Shown: positions 25,573 through 38,532, numbered from the whole stretch's first letter. The stretch is 63,570 bases of DNA, filler included, from Olpidium bornovanus S191 (GCA_017911155.1; 35 parts of 35 records of this genome joined end to end with filler, not necessarily neighbours in it), one strand, 5' to 3'. Made by a program: numbers and translations. The notes: a model not told the origin generated them from the letters alone.

Positions 25573-25990
25573 CCACGGCCTTCTTCTGCGCGCAGCCCTC
25601 CAGCCAGGCGCTCCGCTTCCGGTACTTGAACTGCATGAAGTACTGCTTCCGCCAGATGTACCTGCCCTTGCGCATGGTCCGGTTGACGGGGTCAGCCGCG
25701 GGGGCCGTCGCCGAGAAAGACCGCCGTCCGGAGGCCGGGGCGGCGGCGCTGGCGCCCCCCGCGGCGAAAGGACGGGCGGCCAGGCGCGGGCGTCCGGCGG
25801 AACCCCCGCCGAGCCCGGAGGACGGCGGCCGGCTGCGGGGCGTCGAGGGCGCGAGGCGCGCGCCCTGCCCGACGGCGGAAGAGCGGGCGGCCGCGGGCCG
25901 CCCGCGCGGCGTCCCGGCCACCGACGCCCGTCCCAGCAGCTGCGGGAAGCGCGTCCCGAAGACGGCGGCGCGCGGCGGCAGGAAGGCCAT
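25573..25990 (-). CDS. MRPS12: Mitochondrial ribosomal protein S12 (uS12m), N-terminal part with presequence
   Basis: Arg/Ala/Ser-rich leader ending RRSFSATAPA, then PVNRTMRKG..RSAWLEGCAQKKAV, matching the uS12 N-terminus (..SPAL.GCPQ.KGVC). Confidence 0.72.
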
Positions 25991-26867
25991 TGGCGAGGCG
26001 GAAAAGATTTGTCGTCCTGTCCCGACGGCTCCCGGGGCGTGTGCGTTTGGCGGGTGGCGCGGGGGTTGCGGCGCAGGTAAAAAGAAAAGAAAAAAAAAAC
26101 CACAAGGCGGAAGTGCCGGCTGATTTCGCAAGCGATCTCGGCGTCGCCCCCGCTTCCCCGAGACGTCGTCGCCAATCTCCGTCGACGTGGGGAAGCAAAG
26201 AGAGCGGCGTGAGGATATTTCCGTTTTTCGCCGGGGAGTCGCGCGGACGGCCGGCACCGCACACGGCGTCGTGATTTCTCCAATCCGGTTTCTCTCGCCC
26301 GCCGGTGGCCCGGGACCGGGCGAAAAGTCCCGAGCCCTGCCGTTGCCAACAAACGAACGTCACGCGCCCCCCACCGTGGCCAAAGCGACGGCCCTTGGTG
26401 TACGACGCGCGTTGCCCCGCCTGCCACGCCGCGGAAGCGAGCGGCATCACAGGGTTTCTGGTAAATTTTGATTGAGCAGGACAAGCCCGCAGGTTAGTGA
26501 AATTTAAAAAGGGGTGGACATTAGGCCGATGAAAGATGACAGCATGCTTGAAAGAAAGGAAATGCCACCGGATGGGGGCGGGGTCTTGTAAACAGGGGAC
26601 CGGAAGAAAAAAAGGGAGACATTATACAGTAGGCGAACAAAGGTTCGCAGGGTGGTGATGAGGGAAAAGGGGAAGGAGGGGAAGGGGGGGTTGTGCTTGG
26701 AGTGGAAGGAAACTGTGCTTGGCAAATGGGGGAATATGGGCTGGCCAAGGCGGCTGGGTGCACCAGGCGGCTCTGCACTAGAAATCAGTCGAAACTGGGC
26801 GCCACCGAGGAAAAGCAAAGCAAAACAACCTCTTGCGTGGTATGCGGACACAACCTGCCTCGTCGGG

Positions 26868-27929
26868 TCATTCAACACCAGGGCCGTCGCCAACGCCACC
26901 CGTTGCTGTTGCGCCCGCCTGCTGGTTCCAGGAGAGGTAGGTGTGATCGCCGAGCTTCCTGCGGAACGGGAAGATGCGCCCGAAGGGCATACATGTCAGC
27001 AGGCGCAATATTTCCCCCGCAAAAACAAGACAGACAAACAAGACAGACAGTTTTTTTTTAAAAAAAAAAAAAGAAAAAAAGAGAAAAAGAAAAAGGCCAG
27101 GGAGGGGAGGAAGGGGACAAAATGCCAAAAACCGTCGACGCAGTATACCTGCGTGCCTACGGCAGAGGCGAAGACGGAAGAGAGAGAACGCAAAAAGTAA
27201 AGCTCGGAAGGCACAAAACTACCGCACCTTGGCCGCCATAGGTGCGTGACCGTGAAGGCGCAACCTAGCACGACGCACAGAATGCCGACGGTAATGTATA
27301 TAATACCAAGAAAAGGGTTCTTCCCGCCCAGGAAGGAAACCGTCGAGATCACCAGGCTCTTGGTGCTGCCATACTTGAGGACATCAAACCCTATTGACCG
27401 CAACGCTCACATGAGTAAGCCTGTACAAGAAAAGCATTTCTCGCAAATGACAAACCGGCCGACCAGCAGAAACTGCCCATGTCCTTCAGCTGGTACCTCA
27501 CGTCTTCTCACTTCCGTGAAAAGCAACATCTAACAACAGCAACAACAACAAAAACAAAAAAAAACTTACGTGAATCGATGATGGCGGTGTATGTCCCTGC
27601 CTTGAGCACATCCTGGTCATTGCGCGAGTAGAGCTTCCGGAAGTCGGGCAACCCCGCCGTGCGCATCCAGACCATGAAGTGCTCGTCCTCGGCGAGGTTT
27701 ATTGGCGGGTTTGCGTCTGTGTACACCCCGCCGGGATACCGCCCCTCCCAGTTCGGCGGCGGGAGAACCTGCGAAGCCGTGTACGCCGTTTTTTTGTATT
27801 TTTGCCGGTCTGAGGGCCAGATGATGTTCGTGTCCGTGAAGACGTACTGCATCGTAGCATTCGATGGCCGTGCCGTGCTGTCCGACGGGCTAGCCGCCAG
27901 AGTGCCGTTGATCGTCAGGGAAATGGTAT
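26868..27929 (-). CDS. CDC50: CDC50/LEM3 flippase beta subunit, last three exons
   Basis: [39 protein letters not shown]; [29 protein letters not shown]; [12 protein letters not shown]. Confidence 0.95.
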
Positions 27930-29851
27930 CTGACAACAGGGCGTTTTGCGGAGGAAGGGGGAGGGGGAGGAAGGGGGAGGCGGGGAGGAGGAGAAAATAA
28001 GATTTGTCTTGACACCATGAAGGACAACGGCGAGAACAAGGCAAGATCACGGCTGGCCCTGAACTCATGATCGTCGCGGCAGATCTTCACGCTGGGAGCG
28101 AGGAAAATGTCTGCAGCGCCTTTCCAACGGAACAGGGGGATGTTTTCCGTTTCCTGGCAGTCCTTCCCCTTCCCACTCCCATGCAAACTTTCCACCCCCA
28201 GCCTCCCCGCCGGGAATTCGCCTGCTACTTCCTTTTCCCGACTCTAAAACACACACCCCCCCCCCCCCCCCCCCCCCCCACCCCCCCAACCCCCCCCCCC
28301 CCCAACTGCCAACATTCTCCCGAGCTCCCCCCGCAAGTCAACGTCCTCCCGACGAGGACGCATGGGCCAACCATGGCCAGAGAAGCCGCGCAGAGACCNN
28401 NNNNNNNNNNNNNNNNNNNNNNNNNNNNNNNNNNNNNNNNNNTTAATTAATTAANNNNNNNNNNNNNNNNNNNNNNNNNNNNNNNNNNNNNNNNNNNNCC
28501 TCCTCCCCTTGCAGAGGGTCGGTCACTACGCCTTTGCATTCATCTCTTTGAAATTTTTCAATGATCAGGAACCTAGTTTCCCAAATGCGTGTGGCGAACA
28601 CTTTTCCATTCTGTAATTCACAATGAGATAGAAGTCTCGGCGGTTGTTGGCAGTCGACGAATATAAACTCAAAATCTTAACAAATGCGCGACTCTGACGC
28701 TTGGAATCCGAGCGTCCCTGACGGAGCGTTCGCAGCCAGGACCGCCGGGGTAACAACTAGGCGCATGCTGAAGGGGTTCGGGAGACTGTGTACGGAACTT
28801 GCCGTGGCCTGAAATTGCTAGGTCATGTTATTGGGAGGGGGCGGGCGGACCGGCGATAACCAATCCTGGACCGCACTGCGCCCGGGAACGCTATACTTAT
28901 GAGAAGTCGGCTCATAATTGGCAAGCCGTTCTCAATGGATTTGTTTTAGTTTTGTTACCCCCAACGCCATCAAACCGCGAGAACGGGTATCGACTCAAAA
29001 TAAGAAACGACTCTCTGTTCATGTCCCGGCCGAACCGCACGGAAAGAAGTACGCACAGCTGTTAATAAAGATCCCGATGGGCGTCCGAATGGTTTCAATC
29101 GTTCCGAAATTTTGCAACTATTTTCGTTGAACCTTCGTTTTGGCTTTGTTTCTTTTCCTTCTCCCACGGCGCGGCTTTGTGGCGTCGGCGACGCTGAACA
29201 AACAAAACCGAAACAAAACAAAAACAAAAACAAAAAAAGGTACAGTGACCCCACGGGGTTCGCTTTCGTCCGAAAGAAGAAAGCATGGCGCAAACAAAAA
29301 AAAAGCGCCGGGCCAGCAATCGAGGTGCGCGATGCGAAAGCCGCTCCGTCGAGCGGCTTGCTCCACACGAAGTCGTCTCGACATCGGGGCGCACGCCGTT
29401 CGTTCGCCTCGTACGGGCTGCCCGTTCGGCCAAGTGGGCGCGGGGAAAAATTTCAAATCTATTTCCCGTAAATCATGCCCGCGGCGGGCCAATGACAGCG
29501 GAATCACCTTGCTGTCTCACCAGGCGGCGGACGCGTGAACGCACTCCTTCTAAGCATCGGTGCCAAACCCGTAGTTCTTGACCGTGCAGCTGCTAAATTT
29601 CGGCCTCCAGCGCACGAAATGCTCGGCTGGAAGGAGAGGCATTGTAACATGTCACTAGGTACCAGGGTCAATTAATAGGAGCAAATGATCTGGTGCCGTG
29701 CCGGACAAGCCTCTATGCGTTCAGGATGGGGCGTGCAGCATGCTTAAAGCGGTATGGCCGCATCAGGTTCGGAGTTTCCGCTGCGCATTCCCGGATACGC
29801 CGAAAGGGAAAGCGCGAGAGCGGAGGTAGCCAGAACCCCGTGTACGGTCGG

Positions 29852-30186
29852 CTAGTCGTCAGTCCATGGTATGCTCCCTCCGCGCTTTTTCCGTTCGGCC
29901 TGCCAGTCTTCGAAGTATCTCGCCATGGACGACTCGTTTCTGGTGTTGACCGTTGCCACGATGTCCTTCACGTTGAGGGCCATGACGAACCGCGCGAGCT
30001 CACGGAACGAGCTGCGGAATTTCGGTTTTTTGTTTTTTAAAAAAAAAACCGAGTCGGCTTCGGGACATGACAACGGAAGAGAAAACCTCAGCAAACCTCT
30101 CGAGTGAATCGCACCTATGCTCGCTGTATGGCAGGCAATAAATGTTGATCGTATCCGATTCGCTAAACGGCGCAATTGACTGCACC
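29852..30186 (-). CDS. PSO2: PSO2/SNM1 (DCLRE1A) interstrand cross-link repair nuclease, C-terminus
   Basis: INIYCLPYSEH|SSFRELARFVMALNVKDIVATVN..YFEDWQAERKK. Shows the beta-CASP PYSEHSSF.EL motif split by a GT-AG intron. Confidence 0.88.
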
Positions 30187-30888
30187 NNNNNNNNNNNNNN
30201 NNNNNNNNNNNNNNNNNNNNNNNNNNNNNNTTAATTAATTAANNNNNNNNNNNNNNNNNNNNNNNNNNNNNNNNNNNNNNNNNNNNACGGGCGCCCTTCA
30301 GAAATGGGAACGAGCCGGCGCCGCCGGGCGCGCACGCCGTTGGCGCACGGGCGGCTTTTTTCCCCCTCGGCGCCCACATCACTTTTCACGGCGCGAGAAG
30401 GAACATGGAAGTCACCTTCCGCATCGACCATCCGGAGGATCAGCAAACCTTCTCAAAAAAAAAAAAAAAAAAAAAAACGTCTACGCCCGGCCCCTTCCCC
30501 CTTTCCCCGCCCCCCATTTCAGCCTCTGCTGCAGATCGACGGAGAACGTCCGCGCGGAAAGGCCAGCAAAAGTGGCTGTTGCGCAGACGAATCGAGCCGC
30601 AAAAAGGCGAGAGGCCTTCACTTCCCGAAGAGGCGCTGGCCCCGCCTGGCGGGGCCCCGTCCGGCTGCACGGGTGCCGCCGGGATTCGCCGCAGCTCGGT
30701 CCCGCTAACGGGCAGCAGCGCTTTGCGATTTAGAGCGTTTCTTTTCGCGAGGGGCGCGGTTCGGGGACGGCCGCGCAACCGGATTCAAAGCTTTCGTTTC
30801 AAAAAAAAATCCCTCCCAAAAAAATCAAAAAGAAAAACAAAACAAAAAAAAAAAAAAACTCAAAAAACTCAAAAAACTCAAAAAAAAA

Positions 30889-30930
<42 letters not shown>

Positions 30931-31134
30931 GAAAAAAAATAGAAAAAATCTCCGGGAACAAACAGCAGTCGTTACACGCGACGAGCCGAGATTTGTACGG
31001 CGGAGCGATGGAGACGGCCGGTATCAGGTATAGGGAAGTATATATACAGAGGAAAAGTTTCCAGAGATGGGACAGGGGGGAAAGAGAATGGGGGCGTGGG
31101 GAGGACCAATATAGCCGGGCTAGACCTGGGACCT

Positions 31135-31323
31135 TCACTTGTTTATCCTCTTGAGTTTGGTCTGCGCGAACTTGAGCTTCGCCTGGGTGGTGTCGACGTC
31201 AGCGTCGAGCTCGCCGAGGAGGGCGTTCTGGTTCTCGAGCTCGTTGTTAATAGCCAGGCCGATCTGCTTCTGGCGGTTCAACAGCGCCGAGAATCCCTCG
31301 ATGTGTTGGTCCTGCTGCTCCAT
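31135..31323 (-). CDS. Qc-SNARE motif at the C-terminus (Vam7/Syn8-like)
   Basis: MEQQDQHIEGFSALLNRQKQIGLAINNELENQNALLGELDADVDTTQAKLKFAQTKLKRINK*. Heptad pattern with the 0-layer Q in ELENQN. Confidence 0.85.
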   Translation of the reverse strand: MEQQDQHIEGFSALLNRQKQIGLAINNELENQNALLGELDADVDTTQAKLKFAQTKLKRINK

Positions 31324-32999
31324 GNNNNNNNNNNNNNNNNNNNNNNNNNNNNNNNNNNNNNNNNNNNNTTAATTAATTAANNNNNNNNNNNNNNNNNNNN
31401 NNNNNNNNNNNNNNNNNNNNNNNNCCATGCACAACGACGAGAACTTGCGGCCGTTGCCACCGAAATGCCAAAAACATTCCACCCAGTCCGGTGTGTTGAG
31501 CGTGCAGCTACTGTCCAACGTGGTTTGGCTGCGTCAATTCGCGTCCTGCGTCCAGAAAACAGGCTAATGACGTTCCGTGTGTAGATGACGCCATATGGGG
31601 TCCGGGAAGCCTTCTCTGGCAGCAGTACACGCGATCTCTCGCGAGTTTGTCTAGAAATGTGGCGGCAGCTCACGAGGTTATGGACGAGATTCATTTGGAG
31701 ATGTCGCGGCTGGCCGTTGACGCGCCGATTTCAAAGGTTGTTGTGCAGTTGGCGCGAGTTAAAGTGACTTACTATAACAATACACCAGCGCGTTAAGCTC
31801 TGTGCCATACGTCCAACAAGCAGGCAGACACCGTGGAGCTTCCGCTTTCTCCCAAAGGAATCAAATATCCGTCGATTGGGACGGTGGACGAAACGCATTC
31901 GTCGACGCTTTGCGGAAATTTCGGCATTCTCAGAGACAAGAGGGACAGGCAGCAGCCAAGTCAGAGCTCGGCTTTCCACCTTCGTTCATTCGGAAGCTCC
32001 TCAAAATTTTCAAAGGCAGATTCACCGACGGCCGACCTGCTCGAGGTGAACGTGGTCCTGGCGGTACGCGAGGCCGTACGCGCGGCTGTTCGCGAGGAAT
32101 GCCAACACCAGCCGCTGCCGAACGTTTCCGGCCCAGCCTGTGCCTTAAAGCAGAAACACTTTCGAGATGCTTCAACTGCGACGGAATTTCCTCAGTACCG
32201 GAGAATCGAACCGTCGCTGGAACCTACCCCGAATGGCGAACAGCACGTCCAAAATGACCGCGACACGCCGACAGCGCCGTTGCCTGCTGTTGCGCAGAGG
32301 TGGCATAAGGACGCGTCTGATGCCGTCTCGCACTTCAGAAAAGCACGCAACGGTAGGAGCAGCCCGGTCGCGTTTGACGCTCCCAAACTGCCCCAGCTCA
32401 TCCGAAACACCGCCCCGACATTTTTTCTTAATTGGTATCCTCAGAGCTTAAGCTGGTCAGTGGAAATCGAAAGAAAAGCGATCACGGTAGGACGGGCGTC
32501 AGAAAGCTCGGCGGATCGGCGCGGTTGGCTGTTTCGCGGAAAAACGGGATCGCGTGCACCACTGCGAATGGCGCGCGCCAAACGCAGAAGTCCCAAAATG
32601 TCCGTTGAGTCGCGTCCCAAGAAAAAACCCTCCCTGCTGACTTCGCCAGCCGTTTAGCTCGGCCTTTTTCTGGATCGAGAGAGAAGGAAATGCCAAAGGA
32701 TATGAACTAATAGTTGGTGCTGAACATCATATCGATAATATTTTTATACACATATGGTCGGCGTCGGTAGACGGCGTGTTCCTGCGCGCCTTCGACCAAG
32801 CGGCGGGCGGCCGGCGGCGACAAGCCGAAAGGCCGCAGGCGCGCGCGGTTGAGGACGCGGGCTCGCGCTCCCGGCGTTACCCCGCGTTACCCGCCGCCGC
32901 CGTTGCCCCACCGCCGCCGTCACCCCGCCGCCGCCGTCACCCCGCCGGCACGCGCCGCGTGAACTCCCAACCGGCTTACCCCCACGGACGCACCCGGAG

Positions 33000-33300
33000 A
33001 TGGGGACCGCTGTCGAGGCGACGGAGCCGTCAGGGGTCCCCACTGGCACGGACGACTTCTTCGTCCACTCGTTCCTTCAGCTGTGCCTCGTGTGCTGCCT
33101 GAGCGGGTGGTTTTCCAGGAAAAAGGCCACCACTCCCGTCACGTCCTCGACCGCAGCAGGCGGGTCAAAAAGGCCAGAGGAGCAGCTCCAGCTGGCGCTC
33201 GCAGATGAGGTCTCTGCCAGCGACAGCCTGGAGCTGTCGCAGCTGAGGGACTTTGCGAGCTTTAGGCGCAACTGGCTCATCGTGTACTTCCTGGTCATGG
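33000..33300 (+). CDS. MFSD5/MOT2-type molybdate-anion transporter, first exon
   Basis: DFFVHSFLQLCLVCCL..FASFRRNWLIVYFLVMG plus a GTGAGC donor. The family continues ADWLQGPY. Confidence 0.75.
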
Positions 33301-33348
33301 GTGAGCGCAATCAATGCGGCGCATCTCGCTTTTCGCGTCTTTCCCTTT

Positions 33349-33395
<47 letters not shown>

Positions 33396-33524
33396 CCCCC
33401 CCCCCCCCTCCCCTCCCCCGCCGCNNNNNNNNNNNNNNNNNNNNNNNNNNNNNNNNNNNNNNNNNNNNTTAATTAATTAANNNNNNNNNNNNNNNNNNNN
33501 NNNNNNNNNNNNNNNNNNNNNNNN

Positions 33525-34699
33525 CATGGGATTGCGCGCGTGCCACGGTGCAAAGGCAGGGGCTCGGCGGTTTATACAAAGGTCTTTCGGCCCTGGTAAT
33601 TGGCACCTCCAGTAAAGCAGCGGTGCGCTTCGTCGCGTTCGAGCAGATCAAGAACCAATTAGCGGACAGCGATGGGAACATTACCTCTTTTAAGACAATG
33701 CTTGGTATGGTCAGATATAGCTGTTTTGAATATGACGCGGCGTGTACGGTACGGCCAGCGTCTGATGATGCCTGTCCCCACCGATAGCCGGCCTTGGTGC
33801 TGGTATCGCTGAAGGCGCTGTAGTCGTGACCCCGACCGAGACCATAAAGCAAGCGGATCGGCGATTCCCCGGTTTTGTGCAGGTGTCGATTGTGCTTACC
33901 GATTTATTCGTAAATCTCCTAGGACCAAATTGATTCACGACCAAAGCCGCGCGACACCTAGATATAATGGTCTCGTGCACGGTAAGCCTGTTATGGGCAT
34001 TGTTGTTTTTCACCCGACCCTTTCGCGGACGGTACCGAGCCAACGAGTTTACACCGATTTAGGCGTTTCGTCTATCGTGCGCGAGGAGGGCATTATGGGC
34101 ATCTACCGCGGCCTTTTCCCAGTTATAATGCGGCAAGGGGCCAATCAGTCTGTACGGTTTTCCGTTTACTCGACTCTCAAGTCACACATATTGTCGCGGG
34201 AAGGCGGCGCCGGGCGGGATGCGGCACTGCCGTGGTACACGACGTTCGGGATCGGCGTCGTTGCGGGCACCGCCGTGGTGTACACCACGATGCCTCTGGA
34301 TGTCGTCAAAACCCGTATGCAGGGTTTGGGTGCGAAGCAAAAGTACAGCAACAGCTTCCAGTGCATCTGGAAGATTTTTCGCGAAGAAGGCGTTTTCGCC
34401 CTTTGGAAGGGCTCGACGGCAAGGCTTTCCCGGCTTGTGGTATGTTCCAACCCCGAAAAAAAGGGGAGGGAAAGAAGGAGAGAGGGGGGGGGGGGAAGAC
34501 GGGAGATGTTTTTATCGCTGCTGTCGTCCTTGGCCGGATCGATCGAAAGCGCAGCAGCACTTTATGAGCAGATCTCGAAATTTACGCTCCCCCCTTTTCC
34601 CTTCAGCTTTCCGGCGGAATCGTGTTCCTGGTGTATGAGCGCACCCTTCAATTTCTCAACGAATTGGAAAGGCCGTCGGCGCGCGAATCGTCGGTATAG
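33525..34699 (+). CDS. CTP1: Mitochondrial citrate carrier (SLC25A1-like), 5'-truncated, 5 exons
   Basis: GLYKGLSALVIGTSSKAAVRF; VVTPTETIK|TKLIHDQ; YRGLFPVIMRQGANQSVRF; TMPLDVVKTRMQG; WKGSTARLSRL|LSGGIVF. Contains PxE/DxxK carrier signatures and citrate-carrier residues. Confidence 0.93.
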
Positions 34700-36444
34700 T
34701 AAATCTAGGTTTGCTAAATGTTTTGAAGCAAATCTCAATTTTTTCCTTGTATCTATGGAGAATTATTTGAGGAAAACGCGGCTCCCGTTCCAGTCCGGTT
34801 TCCCGTTGGCCAGGAGATATTTTCCTTTGTTTTTCTACGTCTCAGCTTTGTGGCCGACGCGCAAAGGGGTTCTCGCGCTGTAATCCGCGTTCCTAAAAAA
34901 GGTCGCGAATGAGCGAAAAGAAGAGAAAATTAAAGGCGATATTCAGAGTTCACGGGTTCGGGCTTTTTGCAAACACGCTTTGCTGCAGCGTTGTCCCCAT
35001 CACACCACCACCCTACCACCCTCCGCCCTCCAACCTCGAAGGCTGCACCGCGATGGGGGATGAAAAACCGCAGGGGGGCCCGTTTTATTGCGTCTTCCGC
35101 CTCCCAAACCAGCCTGCCGCATTCGTGGGAAGCGGCTGTGTGCCAGGTGCTTTTTCGCTAACAGGTGCGGGAATTCGAGGTCGGGTGTGGGTTAGGTGAA
35201 GCGAGGGGCTGGGCATTTTGGCGTTCTTCGACCGAAGGCGGGTTTTTTCCTGGTCCCCGCCGGCTGGATTTGCCGGGGAGGAAGGGGTGCATGTGTAGAG
35301 AAAAAAAAGGAGGGGGGGAAAGGGGTTCAGGCGCCACCCACGTGCATCGCGCGGCGAAATGATCTCCCCCCCTGTAAAACACCTGAAACTTCGGATGACT
35401 GCACTTTGAACTTGGTAATGATGCATTATCATTTATTAGAAATGGATTATTTTTTACCATATATTATTCAATATCCCATGAAATGCCAAAACGACAGTCG
35501 AGGCCAACAATCAAAAAAAAAACTCTGATTTCCCCTTCTTGGGAACGCGCTCATTTTCGGTGGTACCCCTGGTACTTTCGCCGGCACACGTACCATTTCA
35601 CAGCGCCCGTTTGAATCCGCTGTTCGCAGGCGATGCAGTGTCAGAAGATTTCCAGATCACATTTGCAGAGTGGAATTACAAGTTTGGACATGTAAACGTC
35701 GAATCTGTTTCCGAGATGTGCAAGGCCTAACAGTGCAGAGTGACACCCATAATCGGGTCATTTACACATAACTGGCATTGGATCTGCCATCAAATCTACC
35801 GTCAATCCNNNNNNNNNNNNNNNNNNNNNNNNNNNNNNNNNNNNNNNNNNNNTTAATTAATTAANNNNNNNNNNNNNNNNNNNNNNNNNNNNNNNNNNNN
35901 NNNNNNNNCATGTCAATACAGCAAACCAGAAAAAACAAGGCTGATGAAGTGAGAGGGTGACAACATCTGCGTCATACGGCATACAGTACAGTGCAGTGGG
36001 GTGTACAGTTCTGTGTATGTGGTTCAAAAAATCAATCTGTCAAGGGGTGCGCCGGATCGCAAACCTCAGAGAAAAGCCGCGGTCGGGGGGCGCGAGAGTG
36101 TGATCCTTTGCGCCAAGTCCCTGTCCCCTTCCCCCAACGGGCAGGTTGGGGCGAAAAACACCCGGGCAAAACTTTCCCCAATTCTCATCCGCCCACCCGC
36201 CCTTTTCTTCTCCGGGCCGCTCGGGCGAAAAACCGGGGTGGGGGGGGGGGACTACCCGACGCTCCCCCGAAAACGAAAAAAAAAAAAAAATAACAATAAT
36301 AATTGACGGCCGCGCTTGGAAAGACTTAAAACTGTAAAGTTAACGCGCGTGTGTAGTGATGAAATTGTGGCTGAAAAGCAACAAAGATCTTATCAAAAAC
36401 GCGTGTGCGGCGGAAAGTGGGTTGGAGGGGGAGGGGGGGGGGGG

Positions 36445-36476
<32 letters not shown>

Positions 36477-36487
36477 AAAAGGGGGGG

Positions 36488-36519
<32 letters not shown>

Positions 36520-36932
36520 AAAGGAGCAAAATCGGATTGCGGAGATAATACGAGCCGGGGGTGAATGAACATAATCCGTGGAATAGACTTCGTGTTTTTT
36601 TTTTTTTGTTATCCGAGGCAGAAAGGGTGAGCGCACAGTAGTTGACGTGAACGGAGAGAGGGGGCCCAGGCGCCGTAGAGTGAAATTATAACTTATCACC
36701 ATGTTCAATATAAGGGGGGAGGGAGGGGACGACGATCCGGACTTCCCATATATGCAGATGCAGTTTTCTGGGACGGTGGAAGACAACAACGGCGCATTCA
36801 GGACAACCAGCAAAAAAAAAAAAAAAAAAAACCAGTTTAGGAGCCGGCTGACCCGCCGGCACAGGTTTTGAAACGCCGGCACACACGTGACGACGACCAA
36901 GCAGCTTACCTTTTGCGGAGCGACCTTGGAGC

Positions 36933-37170
36933 TCACCGGTTGGCAAACAAAAACAGCTTGCCGCCCCCCGCGGCGACGGTCTTCCGGAAGTCGCCGTCCG
37001 ACCGCAGCCGGACGAAGCTGCGGCGCGGTCCGGCCTTGTGGGCCAGCACCAGGTCGTCGTGAGCGTCGAGCCGCTCGGCGACGCGACGGACCAGCTCCGA
37101 CAAACTGATGTCCGCCCGCACGTGCATCGAGATGATCTCGTCGCTGCAAATCACTTTGATATTCACCTTC
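36933..37170 (-). CDS. C-terminal PB1 domain of an unidentified signalling protein
   Basis: KVNIKVICSDEIISMHVRADISLSELVRRVAERL..FVRLRSDGDF..GKLFLFANR*. Fits the PB1 ubiquitin-like pattern. Confidence 0.6.
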
Positions 37171-37401
37171 AGGAGGCAAACATGGTCGTTGGACGAAATG
37201 GGAACAACTGCAGGATGCCCTTTACCAACAGTACCACCTGCGTGAACACCAACAAAAACGTGAAGGACCAGGCAAACTTATCCCAGGCTAAGTGTGACGG
37301 GNNNNNNNNNNNNNNNNNNNNNNNNNNNNNNNNNNNNNNNNNNNNTTAATTAATTAANNNNNNNNNNNNNNNNNNNNNNNNNNNNNNNNNNNNNNNNNNN
37401 N

Positions 37402-37456
<55 letters not shown>

Positions 37457-37464
37457 AAAACCCC

Positions 37465-37508
<44 letters not shown>

Positions 37509-37518
37509 ACCCCGCCTT

Positions 37519-38532
37519 GTGCCCGGCCCGATCACTGGATGCCAGCAGGACCGCGCCGTCGCGACCATGCAGTCAGTGCTGGAGGCGGCAGAAGACGTGC
37601 CGCTGCATCTGGCCGCAGCGGCCGCAGACCCCGGTGCCGCCGGAGGCCAAGGCAGCGCCGGCCTCATCTCCAGCCTCCCCGCGGACGTCACTCCGCGCCG
37701 GCGCCGTGCCGACTCTGCAGATCATGCGCTGCATGCCAGGTTCCGCAGCGGCCGCATCTCGATCTCCGCCGCCTCGGGCGGCCGCCGCCGCGCCGACTCC
37801 GCGGACCAGGTGCTGCACCCGGGGGCCGTTTCGCTGCTGGAGTGGACCCGCTTCAAGCGCACGTCCAACTCTCCGGGCCTCGGGTCGTCGAAGGCGGCGG
37901 CGGTAGGCCAGCGCGCGGCCGGCTCGCCGCCGCCCTCGAGTGCGTCCATGTCGACGAGCAGGGACTTCTTTGTGCCTTCGTGGGCGGCCGTCCCGACGGA
38001 AGTGCCGTCGCATCTCCCCGCCTTCAGGCGGTCGCGGCTGTCGTCCCTCGGCAGCGGGGTATCCGGCACCGCCGCCCCGCCGATGCGGGCGACCGCCCAA
38101 GTGGCCGAGGAGGATCCGGCGCACCGGAAGCTGCTGTCGGCCAGGCGTGCCCTCGAGCTGTTCCTCGAGCTTGAGAGCACTCGTCCCCTCAACGCGTTGG
38201 CGGCCCAGGCCCTCGCCATGTCGGCCCTGCCCAGACCGTCGTCCCCGCTGGACCGGAGCACCCTCCGGAGGTCGACGGGCACGGCGCCGCCCGACGATAC
38301 CTTTGTGGCGGGGGTCATGAACGCTTCCGCAGACGATTTCTCGACGGGAATCGCCTCCGCACTGCAGTGCTCATCGGAATTGCGGTCGCGCACGGACGCC
38401 GACCGCGCCTCGGTTCTGCCCAGCGGATCGGGACACGCCGAGTCTGACTCGAGGCGTAAGTCCAAGCGCTGGGCGCGGTTCCGGTGGATGTCGTTCCTGT
38501 GCCCTTGCGTATGCAGCGAGCGGCCCGCATGA
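37519..38532 (+). CDS. Hypothetical low-complexity protein, large terminal exon (337 aa)
   Basis: Long open frame with GC3-biased codons like the identified genes, ending WMSFLCPCVCSERPA*. No family recognised. Confidence 0.55.
   Translation: MPGPITGCQQDRAVATMQSVLEAAEDVPLHLAAAAADPGAAGGQGSAGLISSLPADVTPRRRRADSADHALHARFRSGRISISAASGGRRRADSADQVLHPGAVSLLEWTRFKRTSNSPGLGSSKAAAVGQRAAGSPPPSSASMSTSRDFFVPSWAAVPTEVPSHLPAFRRSRLSSLGSGVSGTAAPPMRATAQVAEEDPAHRKLLSARRALELFLELESTRPLNALAAQALAMSALPRPSSPLDRSTLRRSTGTAPPDDTFVAGVMNASADDFSTGIASALQCSSELRSRTDADRASVLPSGSGHAESDSRRKSKRWARFRWMSFLCPCVCSERPA

Noticed and set aside
31833-32657. 274-aa plus-strand ORF
   Set aside because: No recognisable domain and no clear coding bias; it cannot be supported as a gene without expression data.
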